Assembly: GCF_964204645.1 (NCBI RefSeq) | Contig: NC_134034.1 | Span: forward strand, 10,304,962-10,368,961 | Direction: 5' to 3' | Length of the DNA: 64,000 nucleotides | Source: Tubulanus polymorphus | Taxonomy: Eukaryota > Animalia > Nemertea | In this document: piece after piece, positions 13,201 to 25,387 of the stretch | Position numbering within the stretch: the first letter of the stretch is position 1 | Layout: each line of letters begins with the position of its first letter | The notes under the pieces: generated by a model | Database searches by the model: none | What the model was told of the DNA's origin: nothing | What the model saw: only the letters and a program-made list of their open reading frames with translations | Program-made: the position numbers and the translations under genes

Positions 13201-16200
13201 TATCGAAACATCTGGAGACCGACGATGCAGAAGCAGGTCGGAATTCGAAGAGTGCGGATGCACAGATCGAGGTCGTCATGGCTCCGATTATAGAAGTGAC
13301 TCCCGAGGTTGGAGCGGATCGAGTCATCGCAAAGTCGACTCCGCAGTGTTCTAAGAGTGTCGGAGTCACGGCGCACGAAGTGACTTTCGAGTCAAAGATC
13401 GGAGCTGATCGAACTCAGTTAAATGAGATCGGAGTCATGTCACCGGCTCAACTAGTGGAACCGGCCGCCGAAGGTGCTGAATTTGACTCGCCGGAAGTCA
13501 TCGCACCCGCGACTCTGGAGTCTAGCTCAACAAGATATGTAGAGAAGGAGGGAGAACGGACCGCGCAGTCAGAAGTTGAGCTCGTTGCAAATTTCATCGA
13601 AGAAGACGTTACTCCGAAAGGGTCGGATTTACCGGAAACTCGGTTTTCAGATAGAATGACCCACGATACATCAAGGGCAGGCAACTTACAGGAGCCAGGC
13701 ATAGAGGAGCCAGGCATAGAGGAGCCGGGCATAGAGGAGCCGGGCTTTCAGGAGCCAGGCGAGCAGGAGCTAGGTATGCAAGAGCCGGGCAAACAGAAGC
13801 CAGGATTAGAGAAGCCAGGCTTACAGGAGTTAAGCGTACACGGGCTTACCGATATTGATAGAAGACCATTCGATGTTAGATCTGCTGATTCAAATGAAAA
13901 AACCGAGTCATCTACATCAGATATACGAGTAGAAGACCAATTGAACGCTGACCGATTGAACGCTGACCGATTGAACGCGATTTCGAAAAATGAAATGCGC
14001 GAGTTTTCCGAAATAAACGATGAATTTCGAAACGGATTGAAAAGCGTTGATATCGGAGTTGATTATGAACTTGTTGCTGCCGCTGCTGCTGCGGTCGACG
14101 TCGGTGACCGCGATCAATCGTCCAATTCATCATCGTCCGAAGAGGATACTCACATTCCAGGCCCGGATTACGATCGATACGTAAGTCTTTACTTTGAAAT
14201 CCTCGATCCCTACAGCGCGGTGGCGCCGCTTACCTATGCCCGGTTTCGATGACTGGTATTAACTTTAACCCGGGGGCTAAACTCAATTCATTCTCGATAG
14301 AGTTAAACCCCGGGTTAAAGGTAATATCAGACTATAAAACGGAGCCCTGGCAATCAGGGAAGAGTGAGGGAATTTTGTAAGAAAAAAAAAGAAGCAAAAA
14401 TTCAGGGGAAAATCAATGAAATTTGTTGAGATTGCTAGATCACGTGTAAAATCAAGCAGTTTCCGTCTATGTCTCGCGTTTTTGACTGTGTTTTTTTTAT
14501 CAGATTCTTAGCAAGTCATGGAAAACAACGCGCATGTCAGGGAAAAGTGACCACGGTGACATTTTACCGTCTGAAAATCCTTTTTTCGACCAGCAGCCAG
14601 CCATGGTTTTACACCTAATCAACCCCGGGATATTTTTTTCGTTTCTGTAAGATTGTTTCCGGTAAGATGTATCGCGTGTTTACGAATAAAGCAGTTGTGC
14701 CGAGAACAATTCGTCTGACAATCTCGACAACTGATGAAGTGATGGAAAATACCCCGTTCTCCTATACTACTTATACTCGTATTAGATGTACTTAGGCACC
14801 GCTCTGAGTAGAGAGGCGGAGGCTGGGAGTAAAGCGTAGTATACTGGTGGAGTTAATTTTCGGACCCAGTACCGCAGTTATGACCTAACTTCGATAATGT
14901 TCGTCCTCGGATAAATCTTGTATAACCGCTTCCCCCTCGTCCCTATAACGATGGAGACATCGGTTCATTTCGTCGTCGAAATCGTTTTGCATTGTTTGTA
15001 TCTGGGCGGAATTTGTTACTGGAAATATAAATCGGCCGTTCAAAGTCATAAGGTACGTTATGAGTGAGAGCTTTCGAGATTTACGGTAGATTCTGTTTAG
15101 AGACTTCAGAGATTGAACTGTAGGAGTTCAGAGTGAAATTAAACCCACTCAACTGTGGAACTTGATCAAGAGTGAAATTAAACCCATTCAACTGTGGAAC
15201 TGGGTTCAGAGTCAAATTAAACCCACACAACCGTGGAACTGGACTCAGAGACAATAAACCACACAACTGTGGAACTTGATTCAGAGTGAAATTAAACCCC
15301 CTCAACTGTGGAACTGGATTCAGAGTCAAACTGGATCAAGAGTGAAATTAAACCCACACAACTGTGGTACTGGGTTCAGAGTGAAATTAAACCCACACAA
15401 CTGTGGAACTGGGTCCAGAGTCAAATTAAACCCACACAACTGTGGAACTGGACTCAGGGACAATAAACCACTCAACTGTGGAACTGGATTCAGAGTCAAA
15501 TTAAACCCACTCTACGCCTCAGTAGAGAATCTCTTCGGCCATTCCATCCCTTCTTGGTTGACTGACTTTGAATTTCAGTATGAACCTAACCCTGGCCTGT
15601 TTATGTGTAATGAGTGTTATGAGCAAGCAGTGGGCAGACTGACAGTCTATCTGTGTATGTACTGCAGAAATACTGCACTTACACAAAACAGCCGTTAATG
15701 AGTCAGAGACCGATATAAATCTTTGTCTGTCGATATTTACTTTTAATAGCTGTGAAACGAACGAACGTTCTACTTTCTTTTAAAACGTCGGCGCGCTGAG
15801 TAGCGAAACATACTTTCACAATACGTGCTAAATAAATACCAAGCGGTTTATTAGTTTTATAACGTAATGAGGTTGTGTGTGCTTAAAGACTGATTAGGAA
15901 TTAATGACCTTTCGTAAAGAATTTATGCGTACAACCATTTTCGAGGGGCGTGATCTGAAGGTCTTATGAAATTTTTCGGGCAAAATGATCAATAGAATTT
16001 CTTAATTCTACGGCCAATCCAGTAATCGAAAACTAGTCTTAATGTCGCAAGGGCAGGTTTTCGGTGACTGGTCCTAACCCTTCGAAATTCGAATGTACGC
16101 GCCAAAAAGTCCGGAAAAATTTTCCGGTGATCAAAATTTCAAAAGGCTAACAGAAAAGCTCCTTTTTGTCCTAATTTTTCTATGGGAGTTCCACCAGAAT

Positions 16201-19200
16201 TCCCTACCAATTTTTTCGCGCTTTCAGCCCTCACACGGCCAACCACTACTCAAAATAAAAAACGCCGCATTCCAACTTTCAGATTCACCCCATTTGAATA
16301 ATCCTAGATCCGCCCTAGTGTCATGAGGACTGTATGCGACTGATTATGTCCTGATGTTATTCTCGAAATAGAAATGAATTTTTATCAGAGAAGATTTAAG
16401 AAAAGATATCATCAATCTCTCTCGAATGTTCCGTGTACTCTTTTTGTAACTTTGTATCTAAATGATGATAGAATAATAATCATAATTATTATTATTATCA
16501 TAATTAATATTATTATATTATTACATATTTAATTGTTTTTTCTGTTGTGTTTTTTCAGGCGGAGCAGCGTTTGGCCGCGAAACGAGCCGCTAGGGCCGAG
16601 GCGCGGGAAATACGCATGAAAGAAATCGAAAAACAACAGAAAGAAGTAAGTATGAGTGTGATATTTTCGATACTTCTTTTTTTTATAATACCGGTACTTC
16701 GAATAGTGAAAATTTATTTCCTTATACAGCTTCGCACCCCTACGAATTGTAATCAGTGCGTTTTACATCGGTATTGAAATGAAGATTAGGAAATAAAGAT
16801 TAGCTGATGAAATAGTAATTCAAAACACTTCGGCCCGGTCTTGTGGACTGGTATTACCTTTAACCCTTTCAGTGCGTCTACACCACAGTGCGGTGTATAA
16901 ATAAGTGATAGATTTTGCTAGTACACCGCAATGCGGTGTATTGATTTAATTAGTAATTACTAGTTGTCTCCCTTGAAAGATGGAAGCACCTGTCAAACAT
17001 AGTGAAATATTATTAACTAACGATACACCGTGCTGTGGTGTAGACGCACTATAGCGGTATTCCCGTTATTCAACACATTAGGGTGGAATTTTTTAAAAGT
17101 TGGTTGAAGATAACCAGTGGATAGATGCCATAGTAACAATGAACTTTTAATTGTCACTATGTCAACTATCCACTGGTTAACTCAAACCAACCTTTGGGCA
17201 ACTGACCCCTGGGCCCTGGAGAATGAATATTAAGTTAGAGTTTACGGGCGACTAAGATTGACTGCGAAATACACGCTAGAAAAGAAAGGACACGCGTTCA
17301 TTTATTTCATTTCTGCGGAAGCTCAGAATAGAATTCAGATATTTTTTATCACTTTGTAGGAAGATGCAAAAGAAGGTAGCGTACCAGCGACCGGGGCCGG
17401 CTACGAGGGCAAAGAACACCGGGTAAGTTTTAAGCGGGTTACAAACTTCACCGATTCGATATCCTCGAGTATAGATAATCAGTGTTGCTTCTTACCTTGG
17501 AAACCGGAGAAAAGTCGGGGAAATTTCTTTTCTTTGAAAAAGTAAGGAAGTAGTCGGGGATTTTTATAACAAAGCTAAAAATCAACAAAATGTCAGCGTT
17601 CAGTTTCATGAAAATGTTCAAGCTTAAATCAGTCAAGTTTGAATTGTCCTCATTGAAAACATGAAGTAACCAATAGCATTTACACCAAAAACAGCTAGTA
17701 AAAATTAAAGTGGCAACCTCGATTATTTCTTTGAGAATACGAATACGAATATTTATTTACACTCCAACCATTTCCATGGTATATGGAGGAAAACAGTATT
17801 TACAATAATTACATAAACAGTAATGAAAGCTACAAAACTTAATTAACTGGTCTCACACTTATGTATGAAATATACTATTTACTATTTACAAAACATATAT
17901 TTACAATACATACACTATGAGACTTACTTCACACTAGTGCCCCCTAGTGGATCCTCGGTCATCATCACTAGCTGTCAATCGTAATATGTTTTATTGATTT
18001 TTTTTCCAGCCGTCTGCCGGCAGTTTACGACAGTTATCGACGACCAGTTATTCAAATTCTCGCCGATCTAGCGAAGATTCGATCGAAAACGATATGGCAA
18101 TTCACATACGGGTATGTGTTACGCGAACCCCTTCGACCCATCATCCTCCCGCGCCTAGATAGCCGGACACGCCGTCTATTTCGACAAGGTCTAGTGTCAT
18201 GGCCGCTGATCTGGAAAACATTGAAAACCGAGGGAATCAGAAAATTGAGAGAAAAGTAGCCATCCTCTACGGGTTCGAATCTCAGCAAGGAAAGAACATG
18301 GCCGAGTCTCGTGGTGCCTCCTGGTTTAAATCCCAGGAAGGGGTTTTGAATGCGTTCAATCCCTGCGAAGAAGGAATGTGGTAGAGTTTGCCACTGATAA
18401 GATAAAAACCGACTATTTACAAATTAAAAGAAATCTAAAATCGAGAATTTATTAATTGAAACAATCTAAAATATAAGAACACAAATCGATTTTAGATTGT
18501 TTCAATAAATAAATTCTCGATTTTAGATTTCTTTTAATTTTTGTAAATAGTGGGTTTTTATCTTTTCATCTGTTCACCACGTTTGAGTGCGGTTATCGTA
18601 CCACAGAGTTTGCCACGTTCAAATCCCTGCGAGGGATGAACGTTGCAGTCTCTCCGACGATGCCATCAGTTTAAATTCCCACCAGGGAGGAATGAGTCCA
18701 CAATACCACCTAATGTCTATTTCAACCTGACTTGAGAGCATTCCGGGTGGCCTAGCTCGCTCATTTTTGGTAGTACATACCTGATAAAAGTCTGATTAGG
18801 ACCAGAAAGGACAGGCAGAAGAACAGAAAGCATTGGCAGTCGACCTAAAATATCGTTTTTTAATCCATTCGAAACTGTATTGAAGGATATCCAAAAAGTC
18901 TTCGCTGAAAGGGGTTAAATGAAAAGAAGTGACTCCATGATTTGAAAGTTTAACAATATGTTTCCATGCCTACGTACCAAACTTCAGTTGGTAGGCATGG
19001 AGACGTATTGTTAAACTTTCAAATCATGGAGTCTCTTTTCTCTCAGGAACCCCTCTCGATGCAGACTTTTTGGATATCCTTCGATACAGTTTAAAGTGGA
19101 TTAAAAAACGATATTTTAGGTCAGCTGCCAATGCATTCTGGTCCTAATAAGACTTTTATCAGGTATGTACTACTAAAACTGACTGAGCTAGGCCACCAGG

Positions 19201-22200
19201 AATGCTCTCGAGTCAGGTTGAAATAGACATTAGTTTTAAGCCTCATATGAGAAGAATGCGACGGAGTCTCGCAATGCCGTCGATTTTGCCCCAATCTTGC
19301 CCCAATTTTGCCCTAATCTCGATTGTTATTTTCTGATATAAACATGTATACACATAGCTTGTGTGTTTCTCACTGCTTGCGTCTGCTTAGTTTAATCAAC
19401 AATATTGCTGCCAGCGTGAGCGGACCGCGGTCACACTCTGATCGCGTATATCTAACTCTAGAGCGTATGTCGAGAGTCGAAAATTTCAACGAATGTTTTT
19501 CTGAAATGTAGATCGTAACGAATGACCTGACTTATTAGTTAATCACACTCTGCTTGTTTTACTAATCTTTTATAAAACTAACTCTTTCGTCTACCATATA
19601 CAGCGCCGGGGCATGTCGAATGTAAGTATAGTTACGCACGTTTTTTTTTTTGTCGATTCTAGCGCCCTCTGTTGTTGTTGTTGTTGTTCGACGATAACGA
19701 GCCACCGTCATCTCACCGCCCCGAATTCGCGACCACTGACCCGACCCTAATTCTCTCCGCTTTTATTTTGGTTTCCGGCGAACCTTTCAGCGTTGACTGT
19801 TTCGCACCTGATTCCAAAATTTCCACTCTAGTGCGATGTATAACACGGCGGCATACGCTGAAGTAAGTCCGCCCCGCGGTGCTGCGCATCAACGGTTACT
19901 GATATTTCACTATGTTTAACACGTCCTGCTCTCGTTCTATAGAGATCGCATGTATACGCCGCACCGGGGGGTAAGGCGCGGTTTACCCGGTACGCTGCGG
20001 GTAGACTGTACACCGCATAGCGAGGTAAACACACACGCTAAACGGGTATTAACTGTTGTCACCTTTTCACACCCCTTTTTCATCGTTCGTCCCTTGTGTT
20101 TCATCATTCACACCCTGTTTCTTTCATCATCACCACGCCGTTTCATCATTTACACTAACCCGTATTGCATAAGTATTCCGTAATTTATGTTTGTGCTTCT
20201 TCCTTTTAATCGCCGTGATGATTTTGGGACAGATTTACCTGGACTTTGGTCTGGGTCGAGTTTCACAAAAAGGTTGAACTCCTTTATTTTTCACTCATGG
20301 AGGACGACGACAGTTCAAACGACTGTTTTCAGCTCATATATATTTTCATGACCCGATTCAAGAAAAAGTGTAACTCCGAAAATTGATATATACATGTAAT
20401 CAAAAGTTCATGAAGACTAGTCTTTATGAATTTTTGATGTAATGTAATTTATTCATCGATATATGCACGAAATTTTTTATAATTGTCGATTAGATATCCA
20501 CTGGTCCTACGTAATTGAAAGGAAATCCCGAGCCTATAGGCTGAACCAAAAAAGGGGGAAAGTCTTGAAAAAAAATAATGCTTAAGTTTGAATTTTTTAC
20601 ATGTTCAAAAATCATTGTGCTTACATATCGAAGAGCTATGGAAGCAAAAAATTTTAATTTTTCCTTTTTTGTGAAACTGGACACGGAGAGAATCGTGCAT
20701 AATTTCCACGAAAATGAAAAATGTGTCTGAATTTTTTTTTTCGAAATCGAGCTCAATTTTCGAGGCGTAATTTTCTCTATAAATCTTCGCTTTTTTTTCT
20801 ATCTCTCGTTTTCCCGATAGCTACAAATTCAAGAAGCCGAGGAGAAGTACAAGAAGGCGATGATGAACAACGCGCAGTTGGACAACGAGAAACAACTGTT
20901 GAAATATCAGGTGGATTTACTGCGAGACCAAATCGACGATTTCGAAGAAACGATCACCGAATTAAATCGGCAATATCGCGATAAATCAAGCGTAAGTTCG
21001 CTGCCAGAAATATTACGTAATCAAATGTCGGCGAAACCATATGAGATATTTCGTCGACCCAATGGTGATAAAGCTAGGAATATTGAGATATCTCAGAAAC
21101 GATGGTGGCAAAACCAGAAATATGAGATATTTCGTTGACCCAATGGTGACAAAGCTAGGAATATTGAGATATCTCAGAAATGATGGTGGCAAAACCAGAA
21201 ATATGAGATATTTCGTTGACCCAATGGTGACAAAGCTAGGAATATTGAGATATCTCAGAAACGATGGTGGGGCTAGGCCAGAATTATAGATATCTCAGAA
21301 ACAATGGTGGCAAACCAGAAATATGAGATATCTTGTAGAAGCAAAGCTAGAAAAACCAAATTATGAGATATCTCATAGAAACAATAGCAGCAAAGCCAGA
21401 AATATTTGAAGACTAGATTCTCTCCATTCATTTGCATTTATGTTTTCTTTCTTTTTCTTTTTTTTTCATGCAGGAATTAGAATTTCAGAAACGAAGTTAC
21501 CGCGAATTAGAACGAAATAACGAATTTCTGAAAGAGCATATTCGACAACGCGACGCGTTAATAGAGGTTAGTCTCTCCTACCTCTACGCCCTCCGGCCCC
21601 CCTTTTACCCTTTCAGTGCTGACTAATCAATACCCTATAGTGCTGGAGATAATTTGAAAATTTTGAAAAATTCCACCCTAGTGTGTTAAAAAATGGGAAT
21701 ACCACTATAGCGCGTCTACACCACGGCGCAGTGTATCGTTAGTTACAAATATTTCACTATGTTTGACAGGTGCTGCCATCTTTCAATAGAGATAAAAACG
21801 AATTACTAATTACATCAATACACTGCACTGCAGTGAAGACGCACTGGGAGGGTTAATGGGATTTCTGTGTTTTTGATTATGCGTTTTTCTTCTGTTGTTG
21901 TCTAGGAACACGGTTTAGTTTTAATAGGAACTGAAGGTGATACCCCTGTAAATAATGGTGCTACATTGCTTTCACACGACACGTTACAGTTATTAGATAA
22001 ATATGGTGACGGAGAATTAGGTAAGTGTCCAACATCTTCTCTACTTCTTCCCTTCCCTCTCACTCTCCTTCTCTCTCTCTCTTATCTCCCTCTCCCTCCC
22101 TCTATCTCCTCTCCCCTCCCTCTATCTCCCTCTCCCCTCCCTCTATCTCCCTCTCCCCTCCCTCTATCTCTCTCTTCCCTCCCTCTATCTCCCTCTCCCC

Positions 22201-25200
22201 TCCCTCTATCTCCCTCTCCCCTCCCTCTATCTCTCTCTTCCCTCCCTCTATCTCCCTCTCCCCTCCCTCCATCTCTCTCTTCCCTCCCTCTATCTCCCTC
22301 TCCCCTCCCTCTATCTCCCTCTCCCCTCCCTCTATCTCCCTCTCCCCGCCCTCTATCTCCCTCTCCCCTCCCTCTATCTCTCTCTCCCCTCCCTCTATCT
22401 CCTCCCCTCCTCTCCCTCTATCACTTTCCCTTCTCTCCCTCTATCCCTTCCCCTTCTCTCCCTCTATCTCTTCCCCTTCTCTCCCTCTATCTCTTTCCCT
22501 TCTCTCCCTCTATCTCTTTCCCTTCTCTCCCTCTATCTCTTCCCCTTCTCTCCCTCTATCTCCCTCGAAAATTTCTCCCTCTATACCCCGAGAAAGTCGC
22601 GCTACAATATGTATCTAAATCTAAAATGGTTCCGACACACCCCGAGGTGAGCCCCCCCTCGTTCAAAGAAAATAAATGAATAAAAACCTGAAGCAACTAT
22701 CGAATCAGGCGTTTTACGTAGGTTCTGTGTGATTATTTCTAGATGGGTCTCGCCCGCCCAAACTGATAGGCGCCGGTACGTATGAAGCATGGTTCCCCAC
22801 GCACGTGCGCTCTTCGTTGAAAATATCCGAATTCGGAAGATTTTCCGTCAAAATTCTCAGATGAATTAATCGATCTGATATTAATTTCATCAACATATTG
22901 ATGTTATCTATTCGTTTGTGAAATCTCCGATGATAAAACCTATCGAAAAAGAAAAGACACTTTACTAAACTTGAAATCGAAGTTAAACTAAAAAAAAAAT
23001 TCGCTTCAAAAATGCCTCATTATAATTAACTCGATTAACTAACTGAAACTTAACTGTGCATCTTGAATATGTAAATAATGATTATTAATATCGAATATAA
23101 ATTCGCTGATTATTGATGCGAAAAACGTTTTTAAGAAGAATTTCGTAGATTAATTGATAAATCTATTTTGAAAAAATCATGGTTTGTCGCAAAATGAGTT
23201 AAAATGCTTCATGTCTGTTTCTATGTGTTACGTGTCGCTGCATTTGATATGTTTTTCTGTGTAATAATTAATCAGTTATTTTGAAATTTAACCAATATTT
23301 CTTTCTCACGAGTCAATCGGCAAATTTAATTTTTTCGTATGAGGTATTCAATTTTGATTTGATCCAGTTTTATCAGTCAGCTGCTAAGGATCCAGGTATC
23401 AGTCTGCAGCTTGGCTCCAGGTATCATTTTGCGGCTTGGATCCAGGTATCAGTCTGCAGCTAGGATCCAGGTATCAGTCTGCAGCTAGGATCCAGGTATC
23501 AGTCTGCAGCTGGCTTGGATCCAGGTATCATTCTGCTGCTTGGATCCAGGTATCAGTCTGCAGCTAGGATCCAGGTATCATTCTGCGGCTTGGATCCAGG
23601 TATCATTCTGCGGCTTGGATCCAGGTATCAGTCTGCAGCTTGGATCCAGGTATCAGTCTGCGGCTTGGATCCAGGTATCAGTCTGCGGCTTGGATCCAGG
23701 TATCAGTCTGCAGCTTGGATCCAGGTATTAGTCCGCTGCTTGGATCCAGGTATCATTCTGCAGGTTGGATCCAGGTATCATTCTGCGGCTTGGATCCAGG
23801 TATCAGTCTGCAGCTTGGATCCAGGTAGCAGTCCGCTGCTTGGATCCAGGTATCATTCTGCAGCTTGGATCCAGGTATCAGTTCGCTGCTTGGATCCAAG
23901 TATCATTCTGCGGCTTGGATCCAGGTATCGATTTGCTGCTTGGATCCAAGTATCAGTCTGCGGCTTGGATCCAGGTATCAGACAGCAGCTTTGGTCCAAG
24001 TATCAGTCTGCGACTTGGGTCCAGGTATCAGTCTGCGGCTTGGATCCAGGTATCAATCCGGATCCTGGGCATTTTTGATTTGAGATTTTACTCGGAGTTA
24101 ACTCTGAAATTGAACTGATTATAAATCTCTATCTGAGTTAACTCTAACTCACAACTGTACAACCGGATCCTGCAGGACACGGATCCGGGTCTACAGCCCG
24201 GACTCGATCGACGAAATGTCTCTCGTCATTTTTCGTTTACTCATTTCGTTTCCAGACGACAAACTGCGGAAGCTGGTCGACGAGAAACAGAGTTTGGACC
24301 AAGAGATTCGCGACCTCCGCAAAGAACTCGACGGCTACAAAGCGAAAGAGATCGTCGACGAAAAATACGGAACGTCTTCGACGAAAACGAACGGCCCCGA
24401 TATAGATGTGATACAAAGTACGTACCGGGGGTCGAGGGAGGGGGCGTTTACTCCCCTTGCAACACCCCCCTCGTCGATCTAACCTATCGATACGGTTCCC
24501 CTCACTGTGCTGAGTTAATGGGAAGGACTGGGAATATTGAAAATGAAACTTTTTGGTTCGGGAAATTTTGAAAGTTTTCCCGCTAATCCCGTTTTTCGGG
24601 GTTTGATTGCCCCGCGTCGAAGCTCACGCCTACAGCAACTCCGACCGCAGTTGTTTCGTCGGTTTGTGTTTGCGTGAGCTTTGGCGTTAGGCAAACATCA
24701 AATCCTGGCAAGCAACGATGCTCCAATCCGGGAAATATGCGGGAAATTGGTGTCTGTTATTTAAAACAAAAACCCTATTTCCGTTATGGAAAATTGAAAT
24801 ATCGCTCAAGAAATGCTCGAAAAATACTTGAAATTCATGTAAACTGTTATCGTTTCGTATTTTCATTACAATGTAAATGAAAGACAATGAATATCATCTT
24901 TTTCGTTTGAATAATTTTTGATTGATCTAATTTTTTCTGAACAGCCGAAGAAGAAATGAGTAAGTTAATAATATATGAATGATATAACATCCTAGTTATA
25001 GATATCATCGCTCGGGGGCGCTACTAGTATCGATATGTTGCGGTGCAGCTTCGAAAGAAAAAAATGTTCAAATGCAAAGAAAAATAGTTTAAAAAAAGAT
25101 TTCATCATGAGCTTTTATATTTTGCGTCTATTCAACCAAGAACACTCTAGAGTGACAGCAGAAATTGATACAATGATGATGATAATTAAAACGCGGACTT

Positions 25201-25302
25201 GGACTTGAAACAAATTTGCTCTAAAAACTGAATCTACTCAATAGATTGTCTTTAATAAATAACCATATGATTAATTCTAACAATAGCTGTAACTTATATT
25301 CC

Positions 25303-25387
<85 letters not shown>

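Noticed and set aside
12419-13369. 316-aa antisense ORF and other minus-strand ORFs within 8199-14252
   Set aside because: These are shadow ORFs of the long sense ORF's codon bias, with no recognisable domain or splice support.
18270-18380. GGTTCGAATC B-box-like motifs suggesting a tRNA gene
   Set aside because: No cloverleaf or correctly spaced A-box could be built. It looks like a degenerate repeat.
21966-22679. Pro/Ser/Leu-rich 237-aa and 197-aa ORFs
   Set aside because: Only 21906-22020 is exon. The rest is read-through into a stop-free polypyrimidine repeat after a GTAAGT donor.
23515-24118. Repetitive ORFs ([21 protein letters not shown])
   Set aside because: Artefact of a 25-bp intronic minisatellite that is open in several frames.
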